64,000 nt of DNA from Actinomycetota bacterium (GCA_026392355.1 JAPLCF010000041.1:4561-68560), one strand, 5' to 3'; shown: positions 1 to 8,999, counted from the first letter of the stretch. Notes: a model not told the origin generated them from the letters alone. A program made the numbers and translations.

Positions 1-999
1 CTGATTGGCGAGGTCGCCGCAGCGCTTCAGGAGGTCGAGATCTCGAAGGAGCAGATCGAGGACTTCCACGCCTACCTCGTCGAGCACGGCATCGAGTTGC
101 ATGAGGCCGAAGGTCGCATCGCCGAGAAGGTGGTCGAGGGTGAGAAGGCCGAGATCGACCTGACGGTCGAGCCGAGTCTCGATTCGCTGCGCCTCTATCT
201 GCGCGAAATCGGTCGCGTGCCGCTGCTCACCGCCGGCCAAGAGATCGATCTGGCCAAGCGCATCGAGAAGGGCGACATGCGCGCTAAGCGCCAGATGATT
301 GAGGCCAACCTGCGCCTTGTCGTCTCCATCGCGAAGGGCTACCTCGGTCGTGGCCTGACGTTCCTCGACCTGATCCAGGAGGGATCGCTCGGCCTGATCC
401 GTGCCGTCGAGAAGTTCGACTACCGCAAGGGCTTCAAGTTCTCGACGTACGCCACGTGGTGGATCCGCCAGGCCGTCACGCGTGCCATCGCGGACAAGGC
501 CCGCACGATCCGCATCCCGGTGCACATGGTCGAGAAGCTCAACAAGGTCGTCCACACGGAGCGCCAGCTGGTGCAGCGCCTCGGTCGCGAGCCGTCGGCC
601 GAGGAGATCGCCGAGCAGGTCGACATGACCGCTGATGAGGTGCGCGACATTCTCAAGATGTCGCAGATGCCGATCTCGCTGGAGAAGCCGATCGGTGAAG
701 AGGGCGATTCGTCTTTCGGCGACCTCGTCGAGGACGAGCAGGCACCGTCGCCGTTCCACATCGCCACGACCACGCTGCGGCGCGAGGACGTTGAGCGCGC
801 GCTCAACTCGTTGCCGCAACGCGATCGTGAGGTGATCGAGTTGCGCTTCGGCCTCAACGGCGCCAAGCCGCGCACGCTGGAAGAGGTTGGCCAGCACTTC
901 GGCGTGACGCGCGAGCGCATCCGCCAGATCGAGAACAACACGCTCAAGCGCCTCGAGTCGCTGCCAGAGGCGCAGGCCCTGCGCGACTGCGTGGGGTAA
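1..999 (+). CDS. rpoD: RNA polymerase sigma-70 factor, RpoD/SigA family (5' truncated by window edge)
   Basis: Frame is open from base 1 (region 1.1-like [17 protein letters not shown]). Region 2 [36 protein letters not shown] and region 4 [20 protein letters not shown] are present. It may be a paralogue rather than the primary sigma. Confidence 0.9.
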   Translation: MIGEVAAALQEVEISKEQIEDFHAYLVEHGIELHEAEGRIAEKVVEGEKAEIDLTVEPSLDSLRLYLREIGRVPLLTAGQEIDLAKRIEKGDMRAKRQMIEANLRLVVSIAKGYLGRGLTFLDLIQEGSLGLIRAVEKFDYRKGFKFSTYATWWIRQAVTRAIADKARTIRIPVHMVEKLNKVVHTERQLVQRLGREPSAEEIAEQVDMTADEVRDILKMSQMPISLEKPIGEEGDSSFGDLVEDEQAPSPFHIATTTLRREDVERALNSLPQRDREVIELRFGLNGAKPRTLEEVGQHFGVTRERIRQIENNTLKRLESLPEAQALRDCVG

Positions 1000-1020
1000 T
1001 TCGCGGGGGGAGGGATCTGC

Positions 1021-1058
1021 ACCTCACCTGGCGCGCCGCGTGATGCGTCAGGTGGGGT
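1021..1058 (+). terminator. Hairpin downstream of sigma factor gene, overlapping tRNA promoter region
   Basis: ACCTCACCTGGCGC (1021-1034) pairs with GCGTCAGGTGGGGT (1045-1058), including G-U pairs. No U-tract. Confidence 0.4.
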
Positions 1059-1086
1059 AGGATTCCGCCGTCCCGCAAGGGACGTT

Positions 1087-1168
1087 GGGAGCGTGCCCGA
1101 GCGGTTAATGGGGACGGGCTGTAAACCCGTTGGCTCTGCCTACGCTGGTTCGAATCCAGCCGCTCCCA
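1087..1168 (+). tRNA. tRNA-Tyr (GUA)
   Basis: Acceptor GGGAGCG/CGCTCCC, anticodon stem ACGGG-CTGTAAA-CCCGT, long variable arm, T-loop GGTTCGAATCC, discriminator A. CCA is not encoded. Confidence 0.97.
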
Positions 1169-1461
1169 CTGCGTGCGGCTCGCGATCCGCTTCGTGCGGG
1201 TCGCCTGCCAGCCGCGCCGTCCGCCACCTGCCCGCTGCCCATCGTGGTAGCACGGGACCCGGAGTGGTGGGCGTCCAATGTGACTTTGTGCGCTTTTTTC
1301 GTCAAAATTGGATACAGCAATTTCTTAGCATTGAAAAGCTTTGTCGCCCGATTGCAACAAGATGGTGACAGGGGGGAAGGGAGAGACTTTGTGACGCGAA
1401 TGTGTGGCATAGTTGCTCTGCGACTCCGGTCGCCTCTCAACTTCCATCGGAAAGCCCTCAG

Positions 1462-1581
1462 ATGCATTACTCGCACCGCAACGTGCAGCTTCGCTACAAC
1501 GCGCGCATCAGTGACATCACCCGCATGCACTCCGCGGACGGCCTGATCCCGCGTCTCGTCCGCTCGTTCCGCAAGCGCTAG
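1462..1581 (+). CDS. Putative small basic protein, 39 aa (MHYSHRNVQLRYNARISDITRMHSADGLIPRLVRSFRKR)
   Basis: ATG at 1462 after GGAAAG, stop TAG at 1579-1581, host-like GC3 codon usage. Below the ORF-track size cut-off. Confidence 0.5.
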   Translation: MHYSHRNVQLRYNARISDITRMHSADGLIPRLVRSFRKR

Positions 1582-1633
1582 GAGTAGCGCAACAGGCTGG
1601 GGGAGCTGCCCCCGTCGCCAACCTGCCGCAGGG

Positions 1634-2248
1634 CTACGCCGGCTTTGCCAGCAGTGCCTCGATCACGTTGGTCACGCTGGGCGCGGCCGGATCCATGTTG
1701 GAGGGCCAGCGCGCCACGGGCACGCCGTCGCGGTCGAGTAGGTACTTCGTGAAGTTCCACTCGGGCGGCGCGCCGATGTCGTCGGGCTCGGCAGCCAGGG
1801 CGGCGAAGACGGGGTTCGCGCTTGGTCCGACCACCGAGGTGCGGGAGAAGAGCGGGAAGGTCACGCCGAAGTTCGTAGAGCAGAACGTCTTGATCTCACC
1901 GTCGTCGGCGTACTCCTGCTGGAAGTCGTTCGACGGGAAGCCGAGCACGACGAAGCCCTGGTCGCTGTACCGCTCGTAGATCTTCTGCAGGTCGCCGTAC
2001 TGCGAGGTGTAACCGCAGCGCGACGCGGTGTTGACGACGAGCACGACTTTGCCGACGTACTCGTCGAGTGCCACGGGCGTGCCTTCGACGCTGTCCATCG
2101 ACCCGGCTAGGACGGTCTTCGCGCCGGCGGGCGGCTCAGGCGCGGTGAGGGGTGCACTTGGCCCGACCTTCGCATCGCGCTGCGCTGCACCACCGCAGGC
2201 GGCGAGGATCACGAGGGCGAGGAGTAGGAGCGGAGTGACGCGGTGCAC
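1634..2248 (-). CDS. Glutathione peroxidase-family (Cys, thioredoxin-type) protein with lipoprotein signal
   Basis: NTASRCG, LGFPSNDF and WNFTKYL motifs. GTG start inferred at 2248, followed by hydrophobic stretch and lipobox ILAAC. Confidence 0.88.
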   Translation of the reverse strand: MHRVTPLLLLALVILAACGGAAQRDAKVGPSAPLTAPEPPAGAKTVLAGSMDSVEGTPVALDEYVGKVVLVVNTASRCGYTSQYGDLQKIYERYSDQGFVVLGFPSNDFQQEYADDGEIKTFCSTNFGVTFPLFSRTSVVGPSANPVFAALAAEPDDIGAPPEWNFTKYLLDRDGVPVARWPSNMDPAAPSVTNVIEALLAKPA

Positions 2249-2431
2249 GACTGGCTCTTCGCCAGCGCGTGCACCGCGGCCGCATCGCTCGGTCGCGCCG
2301 CATTCCGTGATGTTGGAGCAACGCTCAAGGAAGCCGCCAGGGGTGAGCGGATCAAGCAATGGTCGGAGACAGCAATTACCACCGCTGGGTGGATCCTCGG
2401 TTGTCTCGCACCCGAGGGTGCGAGGGGCGCC

Positions 2432-3460
2432 CTAGCCCGCGGGCAGGTACTCGTTCGTGTAGTACGTCGACGGCGTCTGGACGTCGCGCAGCTGGTTGAT
2501 GCTGACGAGCGCATTGGCCAGCTCGGTCCACTGCTGATCGGTCTCGACGAACAGTTTGCCGTCTGCGTTCTTCATGTACTTGGCCGTGTCGGTCCAGCCA
2601 GCAAGGTTGTACTTGTGCGAGCCGCCGTTGTCGGGGTAGGCCTGCTCGTACAGCGTGACGGCGTCCTCCGGGTTGGCGATCGCCCACTCGGTGGCCTGCG
2701 CGATTGCGCTCATGAACGCCTTGGCGGCCTCGGGGTTCTTGACGAGCCAGTCGTGGTTGCCGGCGTACACCCAGATCGGCACGTTTGGCGCCCCCGCGTC
2801 GGTCGCGAGGAGCATGCCCGGCGTCTCGCCCGTGGCGTCCTCGACGGCGGGGATCAGGTAGTTCGTGGTGTTCGTGGCGAGATCAACCTTGCCGTTGAGC
2901 AGCAGCGGCGCGTCGTTGGTGACGGTCACGATCTTCACGTCGCTCTCGGTGAGGCCTGCGTCTTCGAGCACGAACGGCAGCATCGCGTTTGTCCACGTAT
3001 CGCCGAAGCCCGAGATCGTCTTGCCCTTGAGCGTGCTCTCCGAGACGGTGGTGCCGGGCTTCGAGAAGAAGCCCCAGTTGTTCGACATCGTGTAGTTGCC
3101 GATCGACATCACGGGCACGTCTTCTTGCGCGGCAGCGGCGATGTCGGTCGTGGTGACCATGCCGAGGTCAGCATCGCCCGTGCCGAGGACCTTCGTGGCG
3201 GTGGCAGAGTCCGGCGGCAAGGACAGCGAGACGTCGAGGTTGGCGTCCTTGAAGTAGCCCTTCTGCTGCGCGACGACGATCGGCACGCTGAGGAAGTCGA
3301 TGCTCGGCCAGAAGTAGACGAGACGCACCTTCGTCGGGGCAGCAGCGGCACCGGTATCGGTTGCGCTGGACGACGAGTCCGACGACGAGCCACCGCAGCC
3401 CGCGGCGACGGCGGCGACGAGCAGGGCGATGGCGAGGACGAGCAGGCGGGCGTGCTTCAC
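2432..3460 (-). CDS. ABC transporter substrate-binding lipoprotein, SsuA/NMT1/THI5 family
   Basis: GTG at 3460 with GGAGA RBS, lipobox VAAGC, AQQKGYFKDANLDV signature. Operonic with permease and ATPase. Confidence 0.85.
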   Translation of the reverse strand: MKHARLLVLAIALLVAAVAAGCGGSSSDSSSSATDTGAAAAPTKVRLVYFWPSIDFLSVPIVVAQQKGYFKDANLDVSLSLPPDSATATKVLGTGDADLGMVTTTDIAAAAQEDVPVMSIGNYTMSNNWGFFSKPGTTVSESTLKGKTISGFGDTWTNAMLPFVLEDAGLTESDVKIVTVTNDAPLLLNGKVDLATNTTNYLIPAVEDATGETPGMLLATDAGAPNVPIWVYAGNHDWLVKNPEAAKAFMSAIAQATEWAIANPEDAVTLYEQAYPDNGGSHKYNLAGWTDTAKYMKNADGKLFVETDQQWTELANALVSINQLRDVQTPSTYYTNEYLPAG

Positions 3461-4275
3461 GGGGTTGTCTCCGAATGCGTCGAGGATTGGCGGAACCCTA
3501 GCCGACGGCGTGTGGCGCGGTACCGCCACGGCGTTGCGACGTGTTCGATCAGCACGACGAGCAGGAACCAGCCGATGCCGATCGAGGTCATCACAAGTGT
3601 TGTGCCCCAGACGGTGGCCGTGTCGAGGTTGCCGTTGGCGGTGCGCTGGAAGCCGGCGAGCGACTGCCCGGTGCTGGCCACGAGCTCGCCGATGATGGCG
3701 CCGGTCACCGCATACGTGGCACCGATTTTGAGCCCCGAGAAGAGCGGCGTGACGGTGGCAGGGATGCGGATCAGGAGGAATACGCGCCAGCGGCTGCCGC
3801 CCATGACGTGGGCGAGGTTGACGAGGTCGCGGTCGACGTTGGCGAAGCCGTCGAGCACGCTGACGGCGACAGGAAAGAACACGATCCACGCGACGATCAC
3901 GATCTTGGGGCCGAGACCGAAGCCCAGCAGGATCACGAGCGGTGCGGCGAGCGCGATCACGGGCACAGCCTGCGAGGTGATCAGCACGGGATAGACCAGG
4001 TTCTGCACGGTCTTCGCCTGCGCCATCAAGACGGCGAGCAGAAAGCCCAGCACCGCACCGATCACGAAGCCGTAGACGGTCTCCCGAATGGTCGCGAGCG
4101 TGAGCGGCCAGATCTGACTCCAGCTGTCGCGCACCGACTGGAGCGCGTCGAGCGGGGAGGGGGCGACGAACGCGTCGACGGCGAACGCGCGGATGATCAA
4201 GTCCCAGATGACGAAGACGAGCAGGATCGAGACGATCGGGATCAGGATCGTCTTGAACGTGGAGCGCCAGCTCAT
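3457..4275 (-). CDS. ABC transporter permease (SsuC/TauC type)
   Basis: Multiple TM segments and EAA-like loop (DRDLVNLAHVMGGSRWRVFLLIRIP). Start ATG 4275 overlaps the ATPase stop. Confidence 0.88.
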   Translation of the reverse strand: MSWRSTFKTILIPIVSILLVFVIWDLIIRAFAVDAFVAPSPLDALQSVRDSWSQIWPLTLATIRETVYGFVIGAVLGFLLAVLMAQAKTVQNLVYPVLITSQAVPVIALAAPLVILLGFGLGPKIVIVAWIVFFPVAVSVLDGFANVDRDLVNLAHVMGGSRWRVFLLIRIPATVTPLFSGLKIGATYAVTGAIIGELVASTGQSLAGFQRTANGNLDTATVWGTTLVMTSIGIGWFLLVVLIEHVATPWRYRATRRRLGFRQSSTHSETTP

Positions 4276-5033
4276 GCAGCAGCTCCCGTCAGTCCCACGA
4301 GGATGCGCTGCTTGGCGGCGATGAACCCGGGCTGTGTCAGCACGTCGAGCGTGCGCGGGCGGGGCAGGTCGATCGTCAGCTCGTCGGTGACCCGCCCGGG
4401 GCGCGGGCTCATGACCAGCACGCGATCGGACAGGAAGATCGACTCGTCGACGTCGTGCGTGACGAACACGACGGTGCGGTTCGTCTCGGACCACACCTCG
4501 AGCAGCCACTGCTGCATCTCGAACCGCGTCTGCGCGTCCAGCGCGCCGAACGGCTCGTCAAGCAGCAGCACGTCGTGGTTAGTTGCGAGCGTGCGCATCA
4601 GGGCCACGCGCTGGCGCATACCACCGCTCAGTGCGTGCGGGTAATGGTCGAGGAACTCGCCGAGGCCGTAGCGCTGCGCGAAGTCGATGGCCTGCGTGCG
4701 ATCGGCCTTCGTTGTGCCACGCGTCAGGGCCGCTCCGAGCGTGATGTTGTCGATGACGCTGCGCCACGGCACCAGCAGGTCCTTCTGCAGCATGTAGCCG
4801 ACGTTGCCGGCGGTGCCGGTGATGTCCACACCGTCGAGCAGCACGCTGCCCTGGTCCGGCGTCAGCAGGCCCGACACGATGTTGAACAGCGTCGACTTGC
4901 CGCAGCCGGAGGGTCCGACGAACGAGACAAATTCGCCCGGCTGGATTGCGAGCGTCGTGGGCGCGAGGGCGATGCTGCCGTCGAACGCCTTGGTCGCGCC
5001 TTCGACGCGGAGCTTGGGTGTGCCGGCGGTCAT
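4272..5033 (-). CDS. ABC transporter ATP-binding protein (SsuB/TauB type)
   Basis: Walker A GPSGCGKS, LSGGMRQR, Walker B LLLDEPF, H-loop VTHD. Confidence 0.95.
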   Translation of the reverse strand: MTAGTPKLRVEGATKAFDGSIALAPTTLAIQPGEFVSFVGPSGCGKSTLFNIVSGLLTPDQGSVLLDGVDITGTAGNVGYMLQKDLLVPWRSVIDNITLGAALTRGTTKADRTQAIDFAQRYGLGEFLDHYPHALSGGMRQRVALMRTLATNHDVLLLDEPFGALDAQTRFEMQQWLLEVWSETNRTVVFVTHDVDESIFLSDRVLVMSPRPGRVTDELTIDLPRPRTLDVLTQPGFIAAKQRILVGLTGAAA

Positions 5034-5064
5034 GGCCAGCAGCAGTCTAGAGGGGGCGCGAAGA

Positions 5065-5097
5065 GGGGAGGAGCGGCAAGCTCGGCCGCTCCTCCCC
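5065..5097 (-). terminator. Intrinsic terminator-like hairpin
   Basis: Perfect 13-bp stem GGGGAGGAGCGGC / GCCGCTCCTCCCC with a 7-nt loop, just after the stop of 5106..5519. Confidence 0.7.
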
Positions 5098-5105
5098 GGG
5101 AGTCG

Positions 5106-5519
5106 CTAGAAGTCGACGAGCACCCAGTTCGACTTGACCTTCCACTCCTCCGCATGGTCGTTCTCCGAGAAGACGGCGAAGACGCGGTACGTGGTGCCGG
5201 CCTTGAGCATCTTCTTGTCCGTCCACGACGTCAGCCCGCTGCCGGTCCAGCCGATGTACTTGGCCTTCTTGGCGCCGTCAGCCTTGGCGTAGATGTGGGC
5301 ATGGCCCTGCCCGCTGGCGTTCTTGCCGCCGGCGTAGGGCACCTTCTTGTAGACGAAGCCTTCGGGCTCGATGGTGAACTGGAGCTGGCCCGTCGACGGC
5401 TTCGTCTTGTCGATGGTCAGGATGATGGCCTTGGCGTCGCCGACCTCCTGCGCAGTGGCAAGGGGGGCGCCGATGGCGAGCCCGGCGAGCGCCAGGATCA
5501 GCAGGGTGATGCGTCGCAT
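5106..5519 (-). CDS. Secreted hypothetical protein with GHAH and NDH histidine motifs
   Basis: Sec signal peptide (ATA-Q), AAGGAG RBS, motifs GQGHAHIY and SENDH. Confidence 0.7.
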   Translation of the reverse strand: MRRITLLILALAGLAIGAPLATAQEVGDAKAIILTIDKTKPSTGQLQFTIEPEGFVYKKVPYAGGKNASGQGHAHIYAKADGAKKAKYIGWTGSGLTSWTDKKMLKAGTTYRVFAVFSENDHAEEWKVKSNWVLVDF

Positions 5520-5599
5520 CAGATGATCTCCTTAGATCGTTGAGACGGCCAATCAGCCGCTTGCATTGTTATCGCACAGTGTACGGCAACGGACGGCGC

Positions 5600-6043
5600 T
5601 TAGCGCTTGATCGCGGTCTCCACGGAGGCGCCGGCGCCGCGCAGCAGTGCCGAGTAGGGGCATGCCTGGTCGGCCGCGTCCATGGCGGCGCGCAGCGCAT
5701 CGCGCGACACGCCATCAACGTCGGCCTCGACGACGAGCGCGGAGCGCGTAATGCGGAAGCCCTCGTCGCTGTGCTCGTCGAGCGTCACGCGGCAGCTGAC
5801 GTCGAGCCGCCCCGGCGGTACCTCGGCGTTCGTCAGCACCGACGCGAGTGCCATTGCGTAACACCCGGCGTGCGCCGCGGCGAGGAGCTCTTCTGGCGAG
5901 GTCTCATCGCCGGGCTGCCCGATGCGCGTGGGGAGCGAGAAGGCCAGGCCATTGAAGCCCACGCTCGACGCCGAGGACAGACGTCCGACGCCACGCGCCA
6001 GGTTGCCCTCCCAGGTTGCGGTTGCCTCGCGCTCAATTGCCAC
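5600..6043 (-). CDS. osmC: OsmC family peroxiredoxin
   Basis: PEELLAAAHAGCYAMAL and second Cys in ACPYS. N-terminus resembles OsmC (ATATWEGNL). Confidence 0.9.
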   Translation of the reverse strand: MAIEREATATWEGNLARGVGRLSSASSVGFNGLAFSLPTRIGQPGDETSPEELLAAAHAGCYAMALASVLTNAEVPPGRLDVSCRVTLDEHSDEGFRITRSALVVEADVDGVSRDALRAAMDAADQACPYSALLRGAGASVETAIKR

Positions 6044-6069
6044 GGCGGAAGTCTACGTCGCCTGTGCGA

Positions 6070-7077
6070 TCAGACGGGATCTCGGTACAGCGGCGTCGTC
6101 GAGCAGTGGAGCCCGCCGCCGTTGAGGTGCACCTTGTCGAACGGGATGACCTCGACGTTGACGCCCTTCCTGTCGAGCTCGGCGAGCGTCTGGTCGGACG
6201 CGCCCTCGGGGATCAGGAGATCGCCGGGCGCGGCGGCGAGACCATTGACGATCCAGCCGTCGTCGCGCGGCGTCATCTCGACGGTGTCGATCTTGAGGTC
6301 CTTGAGCAGCTCGAGGAACGAGTACGGCAGCCCCATCGGGTTCACGAGCGCGAGGTCCTTGTCGATCATCAGAAAGCTGCCGTCGATGTGAATGTCGTAG
6401 CCGGTCAGCTCGATCACATGGAGCGTCACGCCCTGGCTGGCGAGCACTTCGCCGATCTGGCGCGCGCCCTCACGATTGACGCGGACTCCGACACCGATGG
6501 CGCAGTTCGTGTCATTCAGCCAGGCAAACGAACCACCCTCCATCACCGCGCTGCCCGAAAGAGTGCGTAGGATCGGCACGCCGAGCGCCGCGAGGGTCTG
6601 CGAGGTCACGCGCTCCTCGCCGCGACGGATGCGCGTACCCATGCGGTTCACGATCGCGCCGCCCTTGATCATGATCAGCGGATCGCGCGTGTAGACGGCC
6701 TTCAGATGCCGGTCGCCAACGCCCTGCTGGTAGACGACCTCCACGCCGCGGCGCTCGAGCGCCGCCACGAACGCATCGTGCTGGGCCTGCATTGTGGGGA
6801 TGTCGGGCGCGTCCTCGCTCTGGAAGTACCAGTGCTCGGCGAGGTCGCCATACGAGCCGATCGACTCGATGCGCTTGGACGGGTCGACGATCTCCATCTC
6901 GACACCGGGCCGGTGCATGAGGACGGTGCGGATCTGGCCGACATCATTCGACAGGCCCCACACACGACCCCACGTCGACTCCATCTCATCCGGGTCCTCG
7001 TGCGGCGGATCGCCGCCGATGGCGAACATCTTGACCGTCTCGTTGTAGACCCACGCGGGGTCCATGGGCTCGCTCAT
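6070..7077 (-). CDS. Amidinotransferase superfamily enzyme (DDAH/arginine deiminase-like)
   Basis: YTRD, MEGG, HIDG and C-terminal GGGLHCST with the catalytic Cys. GGAGG RBS. Confidence 0.88.
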   Translation of the reverse strand: MSEPMDPAWVYNETVKMFAIGGDPPHEDPDEMESTWGRVWGLSNDVGQIRTVLMHRPGVEMEIVDPSKRIESIGSYGDLAEHWYFQSEDAPDIPTMQAQHDAFVAALERRGVEVVYQQGVGDRHLKAVYTRDPLIMIKGGAIVNRMGTRIRRGEERVTSQTLAALGVPILRTLSGSAVMEGGSFAWLNDTNCAIGVGVRVNREGARQIGEVLASQGVTLHVIELTGYDIHIDGSFLMIDKDLALVNPMGLPYSFLELLKDLKIDTVEMTPRDDGWIVNGLAAAPGDLLIPEGASDQTLAELDRKGVNVEVIPFDKVHLNGGGLHCSTTPLYRDPV

Positions 7078-7184
7078 CGCGTCCTCCGCATCCGTTGATG
7101 GTGAGCCTACCGGAGCGAGCGCGGCCGCTTGCGCCGAAGTAGTCGGTGCCGGGTAGTATTCCCCGGCGCTGGCAACAGCGTCCT

Positions 7185-7256
7185 GCCCTCTTAGCTCAGT
7201 GGTAGAGCACCTCCATGGTAAGGAGGGGGTCCGCGGTTCAATCCCGCGAGAGGGCT
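7185..7256 (+). tRNA. tRNA-Thr (GGU)
   Basis: Acceptor GCCCTCT/AGAGGGC, D-arm TAGCTCAGTGGTAGAGC, anticodon arm CCTCC-ATGGTAA-GGAGG, T-loop GGTTCAATCC. CCA is not encoded. Confidence 0.97.
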
Positions 7257-7354
7257 CTCGTGATCGAGCTAGCTATGGCTCTCACGAACGTTCGCGCACG
7301 AGGGTCTTCACCACGCCGACCGCGTGGCGATTCGTGGCGGCATACAGTTTGGGT

Positions 7355-8863
7355 ATGAGCCATCCACACTCCGTCGGCGAGATCGAGTGGAAGTTCTCGG
7401 TGGATGCGGAGTTCGATTCGCTGCACGTCGTCGCGGCGGACAGCAAGGGATTCGTGCTGCAGCCAATCGGCACGTTGCGCCTGTCGGCGATCTACTACGA
7501 CACCGAGGACCTGCGGCTCGCGCGGTGGGGCATCACGCTGCGCCGACGCACGGGCGGCGACGATGCCGGGTGGCATCTCAAACTGCCGTTGCGACGACGC
7601 GAGCGCGTCGAGTTGCGCCTGCCGCTCGATGACGCACCCGTAGGCGTCGTCCCGGCAGAGCTGCTCGACCTCGTCGCGCCGTACGTCCGGCGGGCGGAGG
7701 TCGTCAAGGTCGCGCGCATCGACACCGTGCGGGGCCGCACGCGCATCCTCCACAAGACGGGGCGGCCGCTGGCGGAGCTCGCCGACGATGTGGTCGAGGC
7801 GCACCGCGACGGGCAGGAGGTCACGCGCTTTCGCGAGCTCGAGTTAGAGGCGATTGACGCGGACGCGGAGAAGGCGATGCGGAGGGTGGCGAAGGTGCTT
7901 CGCCGAGCCGGCGCCGAGCCGGTCGACGTGCCCAAGCTCGTGCGTGCGCTCGGGGAGCAGGCGGCATCGCCGCCCGATGTGGCGCAGCGTCCGTGGCCCG
8001 AGCCGGACGATCGGGCCGGCGACGCGGTACGCGCGCACCTCGCCCGGCACGTACGGAAACTGCTGCGTGCGGACGTCGATGTGCGGCGGGGCCAGACCGA
8101 CGCCGTGCATCAGGTGCGCGTGTGTGCGCGGCAACTGCGTGCCGGACTCAAGGCCTTCGCGCCGCTCGTTGACGAGGCGTGGGCCGGCTCGATGATCGAC
8201 GAGTTGCGCTGGCTGGCCGACGCCATGGGTGCGGCCCGCGAGACCGACGTGCTGCGGACGCGCCTGCAGCGCCACGCCGCAGAGCTGCCGGAGGCGCACG
8301 AGCGCATCGCCCGTGACCTCGTCGACGCCGCGCTGGAGCCGCAGCTTGCCCGCGCGCTCGATCACGCACGCGCCGCCCTGCGCAGCGAGCGCCACCTCAA
8401 CCTCCTCGATGCGCTTGTCGCGGCCGCCGCGGCACCGCAACTGACGAAGCGTGCGAAGCGACCGTGCGATCGCGTCTTGCCCGAACTCGCCGACGATGCC
8501 TGGCGTCGTCTCGCCAAGCGTGCCAAGCGGCTCGACCGATCCGGCGACACGCATAGCTGGCACCGCACGCGCCTCGCCGCGAAGTCGGCGCGCTACGTCG
8601 CCGAGCTCGCGCTGCCGATCATGGGCCGGAGCATGCGTCCGCTCGCCGAGGGCGCGGCTGAGGTAACCGACCTGCTGGGGGAGGAGCACGACGCAGCGAT
8701 TGCACAGGACGCTCTCGCCGTCCTCGCCGCCGCCCCAGGGATCGACGGAGCGGGGGGATACGCACTGGGGCTTCTGGCACAGGCCGCCCATGAGGATCAG
8801 CAGCGCCTGCGCGCGCGCTTCCTCGAGCGTTGGCCGCGCATCGAGCGGGCGGCGCGCGACTAG
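7355..8863 (+). CDS. CYTH and CHAD domain-containing protein
   Basis: N-terminal EIEWKF (ExExK) CYTH motif, IYYDT..L and LRRR; C-terminal CHAD (DAVHQVRVCARQLR, HRTRLAAKSARY). ATG 7355 lies 6 nt after TACAGT. Confidence 0.9.
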   Translation: MSHPHSVGEIEWKFSVDAEFDSLHVVAADSKGFVLQPIGTLRLSAIYYDTEDLRLARWGITLRRRTGGDDAGWHLKLPLRRRERVELRLPLDDAPVGVVPAELLDLVAPYVRRAEVVKVARIDTVRGRTRILHKTGRPLAELADDVVEAHRDGQEVTRFRELELEAIDADAEKAMRRVAKVLRRAGAEPVDVPKLVRALGEQAASPPDVAQRPWPEPDDRAGDAVRAHLARHVRKLLRADVDVRRGQTDAVHQVRVCARQLRAGLKAFAPLVDEAWAGSMIDELRWLADAMGAARETDVLRTRLQRHAAELPEAHERIARDLVDAALEPQLARALDHARAALRSERHLNLLDALVAAAAAPQLTKRAKRPCDRVLPELADDAWRRLAKRAKRLDRSGDTHSWHRTRLAAKSARYVAELALPIMGRSMRPLAEGAAEVTDLLGEEHDAAIAQDALAVLAAAPGIDGAGGYALGLLAQAAHEDQQRLRARFLERWPRIERAARD

Positions 8864-8999
8864 CTCGCGGTGGTGGCTCTTACGCCCGAGTGCTTGGGGA
8901 GTGAACTAGCCCAGCCGAGGCAACGTCGAGTTCCGTGGGAATAGCCCACGCATAGGGGGCGTTCATTCCCTCGGATCTACCGAAATCTCGAGGAGTCTC

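Noticed and set aside
1634-2248. Selenocysteine glutathione peroxidase
   Set aside because: The active site is encoded as Cys (ASRCG), with no in-frame TGA.
2243-3994. Long antisense or alternate-frame ORFs (this one and many others, e.g. 38780..40360, 57554..59770, 50608..51951)
   Set aside because: They shadow well-supported genes, are Arg/Gly/Ala-rich with no motifs, and are expected from stop-codon scarcity in high-GC DNA.
5034-5105. TPP riboswitch upstream of the NMT1/THI5-type ABC operon
   Set aside because: No GCTGAGA or related TPP core. The space is occupied by a simple terminator hairpin.
1087-7256. Integrated element bounded by tRNA att sites
   Set aside because: I found no duplicated tRNA 3' end and no integrase or transposase, and coding-region composition looks like the host's.
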